Shown here: one piece after another, positions 28,029 through 40,100 of the stretch
How positions within the stretch are numbered: the stretch's first letter is position 1
Layout of the letters: each line of letters begins with the position of its first letter
From: Thecamonas trahens ATCC 50062
Taxonomy: Eukaryota; Protista; Apusomonadida
Length of the DNA: 64,000 bases
Direction: 5' to 3'
NCBI RefSeq assembly: GCF_000142905.1
Contig: NW_013657645.1
Location: 1-64,000, forward strand
Translations under genes and position numbers: made by a program
The notes under the pieces: generated by a model
Databases searched by the model: none
What the model saw: the letters and a program-made list of their open reading frames with translations, nothing else
Told to the model about the DNA's origin: nothing

Positions 28029-31000
28029 TTACTCGTCGCCGATGACCTTGCGAACAAAGTCAAAGAAGGAGAACTCGTTGGTGGCAATGCCGCTGGTGTA
28101 GACATAGTACGAGGCGAGCGAGGAGGAGAACATGGCCTTGGCGTAGGCCTCGGGCAGGCGGTCGACGAGGGCCTGGACCGAGCCGACGTGCTCGATGAGG
28201 ATGGGCGGGACGCAGCGGGCAAGCATCGGGTCGCGGATGGCGTGGTTCTCAAAGAGATCCGAATCCTCGATGGCGTCGACGAGGACGTTGATCTTGGACG
28301 AGAGGACGTCGGTGAGCTCGGTGCGGCGGCCGCGGCCGGCGGCATGCTCCTTGACGAGCGCGCGGTACTCGAGCCGGGCGTTCTCCTCCACGAGGTCCTG
28401 GATCTGCGTGGCGTACGTGTCGTAGAACTCGGGCACGTTGTCCGGGTCCTTCACGCACATGAGCTTGTCAAACTCCTCGTCGTCGAGCGTGAGCGCGGCG
28501 AGGACTTCCTTGGACGACGACGTCACGCCGCCCTTGTTCGTCGACGCGTCCTTGAAGACCACCACGCCGCCGTCCTCGAGGATGGTGCGCGCCTCGGGCG
28601 TCACAAACAGGTTCGCGCCCTCCACGAGGTACTTGAACCGCGGCGTGCCGTCCTCCTTGAACACCGACGCCACGTTGCTGGCGTTGATCGACTCGGGCCG
28701 CCCACCGCACGGCACAAACAGGTCGGCCTCAAAGAGCGGGTGCAGGTGGAAGCCGTTGCGGAACGCGTCGCCGGCACGCACCTTCTCGCCGTTGGGCAGC
28801 GTCACGTCGGTGTCGTCGACGTTGACAAAGAAGCCGCCCTCCGAGAGCTTGGACTGGTCAAAGGCCTCGCCCATGAGCCGGCCCCTGGCCAGGCGCTCAA
28901 GCTCCGTGCGGTCGAGCCCGTTGGGGTCGTACAGCACACCCGAGCCGTCCACAATCGCCTTGGTGATGTCCTTGGAGATGAGGATTTCGTTCGAGCCGAG
29001 GTCGCCGTCCGGCCCGCCGGTCTGCACCTTGGTCACCGTCGACTCGTCGATGCCGGCGTCCGCCAGGGCCTCGGTCACAAACTTGTGCACCGACCGCGTC
29101 GTCATGCCGTACGTGTCGTGCGGGATGCCGCCAATCGACGGCGGCTTGCCCGTCGTGAACGCCTTCCAGTACGGGTACCCACGGTGCTTGGCGTAGAGGC
29201 ATGCCCACTCCATGAGGTCGGCCGTGTGCTCGTCCGGGCCGAGGAAGAGCACCTCGGGCTGCCCATGGTAGTCGAGAATCGACTCGTCGTCGATGATGAC
29301 GTCGAGGACAGACGAGATGTACTTGCGGAACTTGAGCTCCGGCTGCGCCTGCCGGTCCTGCCCGAGCAGGATCGTGCCCTTGGAGCCAAACTCAGGAATG
29401 TCCTTGTTCTTGAGGTTCTGCGTGTGCGCCAGGTTGTAGTTCTCCACAAACAGCGCCTCGTAGTTCTTGGCGTACGCCGCCTCGTCGCGCGACTTGATCA
29501 GCCGCACGCCGCCACGCGCCACGTCGCGGAACCGCACGTGGAAGCCGTGGAAGTCGTTCGCCATCGACATGATGATCCCGTACGGAATGTCCGGGAACAT
29601 GTGCGAGTAGTCCGAGAGGAACTGCGGGTTGAGCCGGAACGACACCGCCGCACGCCGGGTCTTGTAAAAGTTGGTCTTCACCACACTCGAGTTGAACTCG
29701 AGCGTCTCCGAGAGAATGTGCTGCTCGTCGCCCACAGACGCCTCGGACGCAATCCGCTCCTCGAGCGCCGCAATCTCCTCCGCAGACGGCGTTGCCGCCA
29801 CAGCAGGGTTGAACCGTGCGTCAAACGCGCCAAAGATCGACTTGAACAGCTGGAAGTTGCGCACAATGGTCTTGACCACCGCAGGCTCTGAGAACTGCGA
29901 CGCACGCAGGTGCTTGCCCACGCCCAGCAGCCGCCGCCGCTTGACAGGATCCGTCTCCACGTCGAGCAGCGCCTGGTAGTCAACCACCGTCGCCGGCGAA
30001 AAGTAGCTCACGTACTTGGTCACCGCAGAGATGTACGCGTACTCGCGCGCAGAGATCTGGCCCTGCAGGAAGTACGGCGAGAGGTGCGGCGAGACAGGCA
30101 TCGTCAGCTGGAGCGAGATGAGGTCCGCGAGCTCCTTCACCGCAGCGTCCGACGCCTCGCCGCCAATGTACAGCGTGTACACCGCAATGCCGTTGGCAAA
30201 CGACTCAACAAGCTTCCGCTCGCACACCAGGTTCGACGCAAAGATGAGCTTCGAAATGTCGGCCAGCGACGTGTTGTGCGACAAAGGCCGCGCCGCCACA
30301 AGCAGCGGGATCGACCCGTCGTGCCCGCGCCGCGGGTGCACCTCGATCACAGGCGACATCCGCTTCACCGCAGCGTCGATGATCGACTGGTACCGCGGGA
30401 GCAGCTTGGGTGCCGTCTCGCGCAGAAAGTGCTTCGACGCAATCTTGGTCAGCTCAGTGTCCTCCATCGCGCACGGCTTGTGGTCCTCCATGTCCACCAC
30501 ATACAGCCCGAGCCGCGCCGAGCCATACGGCACCGCTGTGCCCTTGGACGTAAAGTGCGAGACCGAGTACACCGGGTTGCTCCGCGTCTCAGACAGCTGC
30601 TTGATGTACGTCTCCAGCCGCTGCTCCGTCTCTTCGCGTGCGTCCTGCCGCGCCGCAGAGAGGTAGAACGCCGACGACTCGTTCTCCATGTTGAGCTTGA
30701 TCGCCTCGGCAGAGCCCGACTGCGCCGCAAGCCGCTTGGCAGCCACGTAGCCCTGCACGTGGCCCACAACCTCCTCGGGCGTGAACCGGTTAAAGTACAT
30801 CCGGTGCAGCTCGAGCTTGTCGTAGTAGTGCGAGAGCTCGGAGCGGATGAGCGACGCGCGGAACACACCCTGCTCGTACAGCATCTGCGCCACCGCGTTC
30901 ATGTGCTCCTCCTGCGCCGGGTTCGACCCGCTCAGCTTCTCCAGCGGCGCCCGCGGCGCAGCCGTATGTCCAGAGTCGCGTGCCTTGGTCAGCATCTCAA

Positions 31001-31790
31001 GCACCTGGTTGTTGTCGCTCCGCGACGCGTCCGTCACCGGCGTGCCGTCGAACCGGTCCTTGGCCTCAAGGTCCGCCCCAGCGTCAAGCAGAAGCTCCAC
31101 CATGCCGGCATGCCCGTTTGCCGCAGCGAGGTGCAGCGGCGTCCGCGCATCGTAGTCGCAAACGTTGACGGAAACGCCCGAGTCAAGGAAGGCCTTGACC
31201 GTCACGAGATCGTTCTCCGCAGCCGCAGCGCACATGTCAGACGCCGCAACAATCTGGTCGAGCACAGCACCATGGCCGAGCAGGTACTTGGTCGTCTCCG
31301 GGTGCTGGCCCTTGATCGAGTCGAGCACAGGCGACGAGCCGAACCGGTCCGTCACGTTCACCGCAGCCCCGTTCTTCACGAGGAACTTGACCGCCTCCAG
31401 CCGGCCCTCGGACGCCGCAAGGTGCAGCGCAGACCGCGCGTCGTAGTCGGCTGCGTTGATGTCCACGCCGTGTGAGACAAGCGCCCGCAGCGCGTTGATG
31501 TCGCCGCGCGACGAGTGCCAGCACAGCTGCATGGCGTCATACAGCCGCCGCTCGGTCTTGTTGAGCTTCGACTTGTCCACAGACGGGCCGATCTCATCCA
31601 CGGCATTGGCCGCAGCCTGCCGGAGCACCGGCGACGACGACGCAAACCGCGCACCAGCAAGGGTAAACACCTTGGCAGACGACATAGTCAGCGGCCGCGC
31701 AGCAGCCACATACGCTGACGACGCAACAGCAGAAGAGGCCCGCGCGAGGCTTCCAGCCCGAAGCGCAGTCGAGATTGCCGCACGCCACAT
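28029..31790 (-). CDS. Large NAD-specific glutamate dehydrogenase (GDH2-type) with N-terminal ankyrin repeats and a probable mitochondrial presequence
   Basis: GFHVRFRDVARGGVR, KNKDIPEFGSKG, GPDEHTAD, FTTGK, GGPDGDLGSNE, EGANLF, NKGGVTSSS. Ankyrin motifs DYDARSALHLAASEG and DYDARTPLHLAAANG. Confidence 0.93.
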   Translation of the reverse strand: MWRAAISTALRAGSLARASSAVASSAYVAAARPLTMSSAKVFTLAGARFASSSPVLRQAAANAVDEIGPSVDKSKLNKTERRLYDAMQLCWHSSRGDINALRALVSHGVDINAADYDARSALHLAASEGRLEAVKFLVKNGAAVNVTDRFGSSPVLDSIKGQHPETTKYLLGHGAVLDQIVAASDMCAAAAENDLVTVKAFLDSGVSVNVCDYDARTPLHLAAANGHAGMVELLLDAGADLEAKDRFDGTPVTDASRSDNNQVLEMLTKARDSGHTAAPRAPLEKLSGSNPAQEEHMNAVAQMLYEQGVFRASLIRSELSHYYDKLELHRMYFNRFTPEEVVGHVQGYVAAKRLAAQSGSAEAIKLNMENESSAFYLSAARQDAREETEQRLETYIKQLSETRSNPVYSVSHFTSKGTAVPYGSARLGLYVVDMEDHKPCAMEDTELTKIASKHFLRETAPKLLPRYQSIIDAAVKRMSPVIEVHPRRGHDGSIPLLVAARPLSHNTSLADISKLIFASNLVCERKLVESFANGIAVYTLYIGGEASDAAVKELADLISLQLTMPVSPHLSPYFLQGQISAREYAYISAVTKYVSYFSPATVVDYQALLDVETDPVKRRRLLGVGKHLRASQFSEPAVVKTIVRNFQLFKSIFGAFDARFNPAVAATPSAEEIAALEERIASEASVGDEQHILSETLEFNSSVVKTNFYKTRRAAVSFRLNPQFLSDYSHMFPDIPYGIIMSMANDFHGFHVRFRDVARGGVRLIKSRDEAAYAKNYEALFVENYNLAHTQNLKNKDIPEFGSKGTILLGQDRQAQPELKFRKYISSVLDVIIDDESILDYHGQPEVLFLGPDEHTADLMEWACLYAKHRGYPYWKAFTTGKPPSIGGIPHDTYGMTTRSVHKFVTEALADAGIDESTVTKVQTGGPDGDLGSNEILISKDITKAIVDGSGVLYDPNGLDRTELERLARGRLMGEAFDQSKLSEGGFFVNVDDTDVTLPNGEKVRAGDAFRNGFHLHPLFEADLFVPCGGRPESINASNVASVFKEDGTPRFKYLVEGANLFVTPEARTILEDGGVVVFKDASTNKGGVTSSSKEVLAALTLDDEEFDKLMCVKDPDNVPEFYDTYATQIQDLVEENARLEYRALVKEHAAGRGRRTELTDVLSSKINVLVDAIEDSDLFENHAIRDPMLARCVPPILIEHVGSVQALVDRLPEAYAKAMFSSSLASYYVYTSGIATNEFSFFDFVRKVIGDE

Positions 31791-31792
31791 CT

Positions 31793-31824
<32 letters not shown>

Positions 31825-31866
31825 ACACACGCACACACACGCACACGCACACACACGCACGTGCAC
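31791..31866. repeat. (CA)n/(CACACG)n microsatellite abutting the GDH start codon
   Basis: acacacac...gcacacac run. Confidence 0.9.
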
Positions 31867-33707
31867 GCGTCCATGAGGAAACCATATCGGTGGCAAAAAC
31901 CATGCGTGAGTGTGATCGATCACCCAAGATCGGTGCCGCACACCGCGACACGAGGCGGACGGGTCAGGGAGGGGAGGGAGGGGGAGGGGGGGGATCCAGT
32001 AGGAGACTTGAAAAAGGTCGCAAGTAGGGGGGGGGGGATAGGTTGGTGCTGGTCGGGGTGGGGCCGTGTAACATAGGATGGGGAAGGCTACACGCCGTGG
32101 TGGGTGTGTGCGGGCCAAGGGGATCGACGGGCGAGTGGGCGGCGAAAAAGGCCGTCAACGGAGGTGGGGGGGGGGAAATGGGGAAGAAATTTGGTTGGCG
32201 TGGAGTGGTGGCGCGGCGGGTACATGGAGGGCCATAACGAGCTCACATGCCTCACACACTCACCACCAGAGTGATGATGTGGTGGGGCATGTGATGGGGC
32301 ACCTTACAACAAGATGGGATTGTCTTGGAACCCATTACAGGATGTGTAACTGCTGCTGCCGTCGAGCGCGTCGTCGGCCAACCCGTGTGACTGATCTGGC
32401 CACCACAAAGGTCCCGTGACAAAGTTTGTCGCACACGGGGACGGGGGGGAGGGGCCAGGGCTAGGAGGGATGGAGAATGCTGTGTAGAGCAAAGGAGGGG
32501 GGGCGGGGATAGATGCTAAATGGAGAGCGTGTGATGGGAGGGCAGAGTGGCCTCATGAGCGTACTTGGGCTGAGTAAGTCCAGAAGAGCAGTGGCTTCAG
32601 CTCGGTCGCGTGGGGAACGTTGGCTGCAAGCCGAGGATGGCGGCTGGCCGGTTGGCTTTGGCTCGACGGCTGGGCAAACGGTTGAATGCGCCATTTGCCG
32701 ATGTGGAAGGGAGGAGGTGGAGATGAAGCGCTCGAGTGTGAGCGGGTGAATGCGGTGAATCAGGGATGCGGGGAGGGAGGGGAATGATCGACAGTGGGCG
32801 CATGTTGGTGTGTGAGCTTGGGGCCGTGTGAGCTGTGCTTGATCGGACTTGGTACTCATGTGGCCGCCTCATATGGAGGGGGGGAGGCGGCTCTGGAGGT
32901 GTGATGGAGTGTTGTTCGGGAGGAGGAGGGAAAGGAGAAGAGAGATAGGGTGGAGCATGATGTAGATGTGCGGATGAGTGCGTATGGCGTGTGTGTATGT
33001 GTACAAGTCTGTGTGTGTGTGTGTGTGTGGCGTGTGTGGCCAGAATCGAGCCGAGCAAGTGATATTTTGTTGATCTTTCATCTCAGTAAACGACCGGTGA
33101 GATGCGAACGGCGATGGCGATCGATGAAGCAAGGGAAGTCGAGTCTTGGGCCAAGGACAAAGGATTGAGTCTGCGTAGCAGGCTGGTACGGTAGGTTGGT
33201 GCGGCTGGTGCCGAGACATCTGCTTTCCTGCTCGGCAAAGGCCGCCGCGACTCTTCCCTTGAAACAGCCCACCGCACCCCCCTGACGACTACACATACGT
33301 AGTCGATAGGGGGATGTGGTGGGCTGTTTCACCCCTCCCTTCTTCCAACTCACCATCGCAGTATGTATGCCCCTCTCCGCACCCCTTACCACCGAAGCTT
33401 CTCATGTGACTCTGCCAAAGTTTGTGACATTGGACAAGCGCTTGTTTCCGCAATCTCTCCAGTGGGCACACAACAGCCGGGACTGCCAACGCAGCCTCCA
33501 GCCCGTACCCAAGCCCCACAACTCACACCACCAACACCGTCCACCCCCTACTTTCTCACCCTCTCTATACTTGCTTGCAACACCCTGTAGCTTCTCTAAA
33601 TTCGAAGACCTCCTCGTTGTGTGCCGAGCTGAGCCTCGTTGGTTAGGGATCGCACTCTCTGAGCTCGCCGGGTCGCCAAGTCGCAAGACTTGTCTCTGGG
33701 GATAACC

Positions 33708-35852
33708 ATGCTTATTCGCACCATTGCGTTTACGCTCCTACTTGCGGTGGTGGTCTCAGCAAACCTTGTACGCCGTCCGTGCCCATGCTAGTATTCATAT
33801 GTGATGTATTTCCCCCTCCCTGCCGTCCAGTGTCTGGTGCGGTACAAAAAATTCCAATAACCGCTCCGACACTTTCAATGCCCTACCGCGATATCCTACG
33901 CAGCCGCCAGGGGTGCGGAGAGCCACGTCCCCGCGCTCCCCCCCCCCCCGACAGCCTTTGTGCACACCTCCACAAGTACCACACTTTCCACACTGCCACT
34001 CATAGCGCTGCGTTCTGTTCTACAGTACATCCACAACCCTCGTGGCTCAAACAACAGGCTGGATGAAGCTAACCGCAACCGCAACGACGCCAATCGGCTC
34101 TTTGACTCTCAAAACAACAACAAGGGCGGATACAACGTCAACCGCATCGAGTACTACGGCGGCTCGCTGCTCGACATCGACCTTACATTCCAGCACGGCT
34201 GCGGATTCGGCACCGAGTGTCAAATCATTATGCAGTACATGTGCGACAGCATGGCCGGGACCGGCCTCGGCATCCGAAACGGCCAGCAACAGACCCGTAT
34301 TCCGGAGCAGCGTGATGACGACCATCGGTACGGGCGCCACGAGTCGGCATCGTACTGGGCGGACTGCAAGGCCCGTCAGCGCAACCTTGGCCTCTTCCTC
34401 GCCGACCAGATCATCCCCGAGGATGCGACTGCGATGCGGACTCGCCAGAACAACGACGAGAACGCCAACAACCGCCGCCGCGGCTATGAGTGCCCCGAGG
34501 AGCGCGACTACTACCCGTACTGGCACCCCTCGCCGTGGAAGGACATTGCAATTTACACCTCGCGTGCGGATGAGCTCTGCCCGATCTACACCGCCGAGTC
34601 GCAGAATGTCAAGGGCAAGCACTACTGCGCCGGCCTCCGCGAGGCGACACCTGAGAATCCGATAACCAACGGGGCGGCGATCAACAACCAGGCCCAGTGC
34701 GAGGCCGTGGCCGAGTTTGAATGGGTCGAAGCGCCGGCGTGGGGCCTTCCTCCGCCCGCCTGCCTCCAGATGAGCGCCTATCCACCGAACCGCGTCACCC
34801 GCCTCCGCCACTCGTGGAAGCTCCCCATCGTGACCGAGCGCCAGAGCTGCGTCTTCCGCGCGCGGTACAACGTGTCATCGGCCGACTATGACGGATGGAG
34901 CACCTTTGCCGATCTCAACGGGAACACGGGCAACTACGCGTGGCAGACAAACCCGACTGTCGACGTCGGCTCGGCGAGCACTAACATTCGCCTCAAGCTC
35001 ACCATCTCGACCGATCAGATGGGCCGGACGTTCCAGGACCGTAGCTCTACGTTTATGCTCCGGCCGGCGCCGTACGACGTCGACGTCACGCCGATCGTCA
35101 ACCTCAATGTGGCAGGCTCCCGTGGCAACCCCGTCCAGAACTTCCCGAGCATCGAGTACGAGTTTACGCCCAAGGTCCTCACCGTCGACGTCAACACCTT
35201 CATCCATCGGCAGGTGACTGGCTCGAACACGACGCCGGACGGCGCCGGCCACGGTGCTGACGAAACCGATCGCTCCAACTTTGTGGCTGTCGTTGGCAAC
35301 AACCCGAAGAGGTCGTATGTCCACGTCGGCAACTCGAGCGACCCAGATGTTAGCAACGATCTGGTGGCGTGGTGGGGAACGCTTGGCGGAATCTCTAGCC
35401 AGATGGATGACGTGCCGCCGTACGTCGACCTCGGTCTGCATCGCTACCGCACGGCCGGCACCAGGCACTACCTCTGCACCCGCAACACCGACTTTTCCTC
35501 CCGCACCCATCGCGGCTCGATTGTTGTCAATGACGCACCTGGAGGCGTTCAGCCGCCGATCCCGTCGTCGACGACAGGAACCGTCTCAACCGGCAGCGGC
35601 GTCGGGCCCGGGAGCGGTGGCTCGCCGGCGCCGGCACCAACGCCGGCCCAGATTGTGGCGGCCGGCGACGGCGACAAGGAGCGGTCCAAGGGCATCGGCA
35701 TTGGTATCGGTATTGGCCTCCTCGTCTCTGCCGTGCTTGCCGGCGTCGCCGCCGCCGCTTTTGTCGTCTGGAAGCGCCGCGAGAGCAAGCTGAGTGACGA
35801 TGACTTTGCCGCACCGGCTGCTGCCAGCGACGCCGAGCTTGCCGCCATTTAG
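33708..35852 (+). CDS. DD3-3-like type I membrane protein; exon 1 33708-33767, intron 33768-34025
   Basis: Signal peptide exon MLIRTIAFTLLLAVVVSANL spliced (GTACGC...CTACAG, phase 0) to YIHNPRGSNNRL...RLFDSQNNNKGGYN. Also GYECPEERDYYPYWHPSPWKDIA and a C-terminal TM helix. Confidence 0.8.
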
Positions 35853-35963
35853 GCCCGCCACCAATTTGCTTGATATTTGCTTGATAAACACACGATCTCT
35901 CTCTATCTCTCTCTGTATCTCTATTTCCCTCTCCACAACACTAAAGAGCAGCATACCAACGAG

Positions 35964-36839
35964 TCATGACGAGTCTGACTCTTGCCAGTGAGCATGAGCC
36001 CGACGCAGAGCCTCGCGGCGACCGTCGCCAAGCTCGCGATAGTAGGCACGGGTGGCGCGGCGCTTGTCGAGGCACACCAGCTCGATGGCAGTGTCAAAGT
36101 CGTGAAGCGCAGCGGTGTTTTGGTTGAGGGCGAGCTCGGTAAAGGCCCTGTTTTTGTAGATGATAAAGTCGGCCGGATTGATCTGGATGGCGTCGGTAAA
36201 GGCGTCGTACGCGTCGCCGTACGCGCCGCGCTCCATCCGCACCACGCCGAGCTCGTTCAGCAGGACAGCATTTGGCTCGGGCTCGGCCTTGATGGCACGA
36301 ACGAGGTGCTTCTCGGCCGCGTGCATGTCGCCGGCAATCCGCGCCTTGTTCAGCCGCTGGATGTGCTTGACCGATTCGCGCGACTTGACCACCACCTTGC
36401 CGCTCTCCTCCAGCTCCTTCTCCCTTCTAGTCGGCCGCCTTAGCCTGCGAGCATGATGCGGTGATACCCCGCGGCTCGATTCCGAGCTTGAGTTGGTCCG
36501 GCTCTTTCTCCGCGGCAGGCGGTACGAGCTCGAGTCTGACGATAGCGATGACGAGCGTGGCGACGACGATCGTGAGCTCAAAGAAGACGATCTTGATGAC
36601 TTGCGCGACTTCTTACGTGACCTGCCCACCACTTTGCGTGACCTGTGTGTCTTGCCTGCAGCCTTGCGCGACTTGCCCGCCGCATTACCCGACTTGCGCG
36701 ACTTGCCCGCCGACTTGCCTGCAGCCTTGCGCGACTTGCCTGCAGCCTTGCCCGACTTGCCCGCCTTGCCCGACTTGACCGCCTTGCCCGCCTTGCCCGC
36801 CGCCTTGCGCGACTTGTTCGTCTTCCGCCCAAACACCAT
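35964..36839 (-). CDS. TPR-repeat protein with a K/A/G-rich repetitive basic N-terminus and an R/S-rich linker
   Basis: TPR helices NELGVVRMERGAYGDAYDAFTDAIQINP and YKNRAFTELALNQNTAALHDFDTAI. GKSRKAA repeats. Confidence 0.75.
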   Translation of the reverse strand: MVFGRKTNKSRKAAGKAGKAVKSGKAGKSGKAAGKSRKAAGKSAGKSRKSGNAAGKSRKAAGKTHRSRKVVGRSRKKSRKSSRSSSLSSRSSSPRSSSLSSDSSSYRLPRRKSRTNSSSESSRGVSPHHARRLRRPTRREKELEESGKVVVKSRESVKHIQRLNKARIAGDMHAAEKHLVRAIKAEPEPNAVLLNELGVVRMERGAYGDAYDAFTDAIQINPADFIIYKNRAFTELALNQNTAALHDFDTAIELVCLDKRRATRAYYRELGDGRREALRRAHAHWQESDSS

Positions 36840-37117
36840 GCCGTCGACCCTCTTTGCCCCAACACACAGCCACACAATCTCTTCCGAGACGTGTGTCTCT
36901 TCTGCATCAGTCTGTCTCGGCCTGCCAGGCTCTCTCGGCCTGCCACCGGCCAACCGCTCACCCTGGACCGGTCCTATCTCAATCCCGGTGAACCGTACTA
37001 TCAGCGGGGAAAATTGTAAACCGCTAACCATCAAAGGCGGCGCAAGGGAAGGGAGAGGAGGAGGTGGGGGGGGGGGGGGGAGGAGGAATTTGCTCGGGTC
37101 TACCACTTGTCGCACAC

Positions 37118-40100
37118 ATGGCCGAGTTGGAGCCTCACCATGTGCACCTCGCACGGTTTGTGGGTGCACGAGTTGGGTTCATCATGAACTCCAAGCGCAT
37201 CTATGTGGTGACGGATAATGCGTATGTGAGGGGTGGAGGAGGGGGGTAGGGGGGTAGAGGGGAGTGTGCTTGTGAGGGTGGGGTGGAGCACGAGGTGGGA
37301 CGCCATGGCTTGCCCCCCATGCCTCGCCCTCCTCCTCCTCTCCTCGCACGTGCGACTCACTGTGGAGAGTCATCATGCGGAACGGGCTGGTCGATCAACG
37401 GTGATTGGCTTTACGGGGAATGGCCGCTGTCACATCGTCACTGTCGTGTCTGTTGTCTTGTCTGCTGTTGCTGTTGTGTCTGTTGTTGCTGTTGTGTCTG
37501 TTGTTGCTGTTGTGTCTGTTGTCGCCATCGTGTCTGTTGTCGCCATCGTGTCTGTTGTCGCCATCGTGTCCGACACCGCTGTCTCCCCTGTCGTCGCCAT
37601 CTCGTGTGTGGTCGCCATCGTGGGTGTGGTCCCCATCGTGGGTGTGGTCACCACCTCGTATATGGTCGCCATCTTGTGTGTGGTCCCCATCTCGCGTGTG
37701 GTCCCCATCGTGGGTGTGGTCACCACCTCGTGTGTGTGATCGCCATCGTGCCTGTCATCGTATTTACCGCCTCTGTCGTATCCGTGTGGTCACCACCTCG
37801 TATATGGTCGCCATCTCGTGTGTGGTCCCCATCTCGCGTGTGGTCCCCATCGTGGGTGTGGTCACCACCTCGTGTGTGTGATCGCCATCGTGCCTGTCAT
37901 CGTATTTACCGCCTCTGTCGTATCCCTCATCATATCTATCCGCCGTGTCTATCCTGATCATGGTCGTGATCACTGACTGGTTTCAGCTTTCTCGGTCTCG
38001 ACGCCACAACTCGCACGTCCAAAGAGGTCTTCCCCTACGACGCCATCGCGTCGGTCAAGCCAGCCGAGAACGACATTCGCATGGTCAATTTCTCAGTCCG
38101 TTCGGGAAAGAAAGGCAAGGCAAAGTCAGAGTCATTGGTTGTTGAGCCTGCCTGTCGCGCCCCGCTCCTCTCGGCGCTCCATCTTGCTATGACCGCTGCT
38201 CTCAACGCTGCGCCCATTGCCGCCTTTGCCGCCTATCGCCCGGCCGATCCCCCGATCGCCTCACGTGTCGAGATCTACCCGGCCACGCTGTCCGTCGACG
38301 AGGCCTCGTTCCTCCTCCATGACCTGACCCACGTTATGGTCGTCGATCCCGCGCCCGCCGATGCACAGCAGGTCATCCTAGCCTGGCGCGACGGTTCGCA
38401 CTCCCGCCTCTTCTTCAACTCGGTCGACTCGCCCGTCCGCGACGCCTTTGTCTCCTCGCTCATCTCCACCATTGCCTCGCTTCTCGGACGAGCCCTCCCC
38501 GCTCCTTCTGTTCTCGACGTCGCCGCCGCCGACGAGCTCGTCTCCGAGCGCGCCCTCCGTGGCCTTGTCGCCCCAGCCATCTTCTCGGCCTCGGCCCGCC
38601 TCCTCCCGCCGCCGCCGCCGCTCGACCCTGCTCCCGGTGATCACATCCTTGCCGTCCTCGACACCGACACTACCACGTCCTGCACCCTCCGCTTTTCGTC
38701 GGACACGCTGTACATCCTCGACGCCGACGGCATCGCCACCCTGCTCGGCTACCCGCTGGCCGAGCTGGAGATCATTATCCTCCATCTCGTTGGCAACGCT
38801 GAACTCCTTGCCCTCACTTTTGCCGGCCTCGATCCGCTCTACATCCACACCGCATCCGCACGCTCTGTCGCCGGCAACGCCGTCCCGCTCGCTCTTGCCG
38901 CAGGCGCCCGCCTCGCTCTCCATCTCGAGGTCTTCCCGCCCGCGCTTGTCCTTGATCCGGGCACTCCCGACCACACCGCCGAGCTCGAGCCGCTCGTCCT
39001 CGCCCAGCTCTCGCTTGCACTCGAGAGCCGCAACACATCGGCCGTCGCCCTCGCCGCCCGCGAGTACCTCGCCAACGTCCGCGCCGCCCGCGCCGTTGCC
39101 AAGGAAGCCAAGCGCATCCTCCCGCGCATTGCTTCTCTCCTTCTTGACGCCCTCCGGGTCTCCGCCACCAACGCCTCCCGCTCTCCCGCACAGGCTGCCG
39201 AACCCGATCTCTTTGATCCGGCCACACGCCTTGCCCTTGCCCAGGTGGTGGTCCATGGCCTCGCCGCCCCGGCCGTCTTTACAGACGCTACTGATGCCTC
39301 GTACCCGTACGTCGCCCTCGCCTGGGACGCCCTCGTCTCTGCCGATCTCTACATGGTCTTTGCCGGTGCCTCGCTCCTCTACGCCCTCACCCACCAGGCT
39401 TTCCCACACAAATCGCCCAAGTACGAGCGCGCCAACCGCGCAGCCGTCTTTGCGCACCCGGCGCGGCTACCACCTTTGTCTCGGTCCTCGCCAACCTCGT
39501 CTCGCCCGACATGCCACCGGCTCCACTCGTAGACGCCATCCTCGCTCTCCTCGCCTCGATCCTCGCCTCGCTCCTCGCCTCGCCGCGCGCTGTTGCCACC
39601 CCGGATCCTGTCGCCTCTGCCCTCGTTGCCGCTCTCTACCAGCGCACCGGTGCCCTCCTCCAGCTCGCCCGGGTCGATGCTGTCGGCGTTCAGCGCCACG
39701 CTGTCAACATCCTCCGCGCCGTCCTCGAGTCGCTCCCGCCCGAGACCTTCCGCGCCGTCCAAGACAAGGCCCGCAACGCTGCCCAGCTGCTGTTCTTTGT
39801 TTCCCTGGCCGCCGGCAGTCCGGATCCTCCGCTTCGTATCGGCGCCATCCTCCTCGTCACCCTCCTCGTCGAGGGCAACCCGTCGTCGGTCGAGCTCATG
39901 GAGCGCGTCTTCCCCAAGCCGCTCGTCCTCCGCATGCTGCAGCTCTCCGAGAACCCGACAGCCCTCACCCGGCCGCTCGCTCACACGCGCTGTGTTCCGC
40001 TCTGGCGCAAGCCGGCGGCATATCCGCCCGATCCCTCGCCCATGCCCGTCCCGCCGGCCTGCCAGACCCGTCTCTGGTCGCTGCTCTTCGACATGCTCTC

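Noticed and set aside
28020-31475. Long antisense ORFs (623 and 521 aa) opposite GDH, and similar shadow ORFs elsewhere
   Set aside because: Expected from high GC3 codon bias; no recognisable motifs.
32000-33700. Possible small spliced gene between GDH and the DD3-3-like gene
   Set aside because: Isolated donor-like sites exist, but there is no consistent exon chain or recognisable protein.
37395-37973. Minus-strand DGDHTR/DGDNRH hexapeptide-repeat protein
   Set aside because: The frame is broken by the 142-bp duplication, and the region fits better as the RME-8-like intron.
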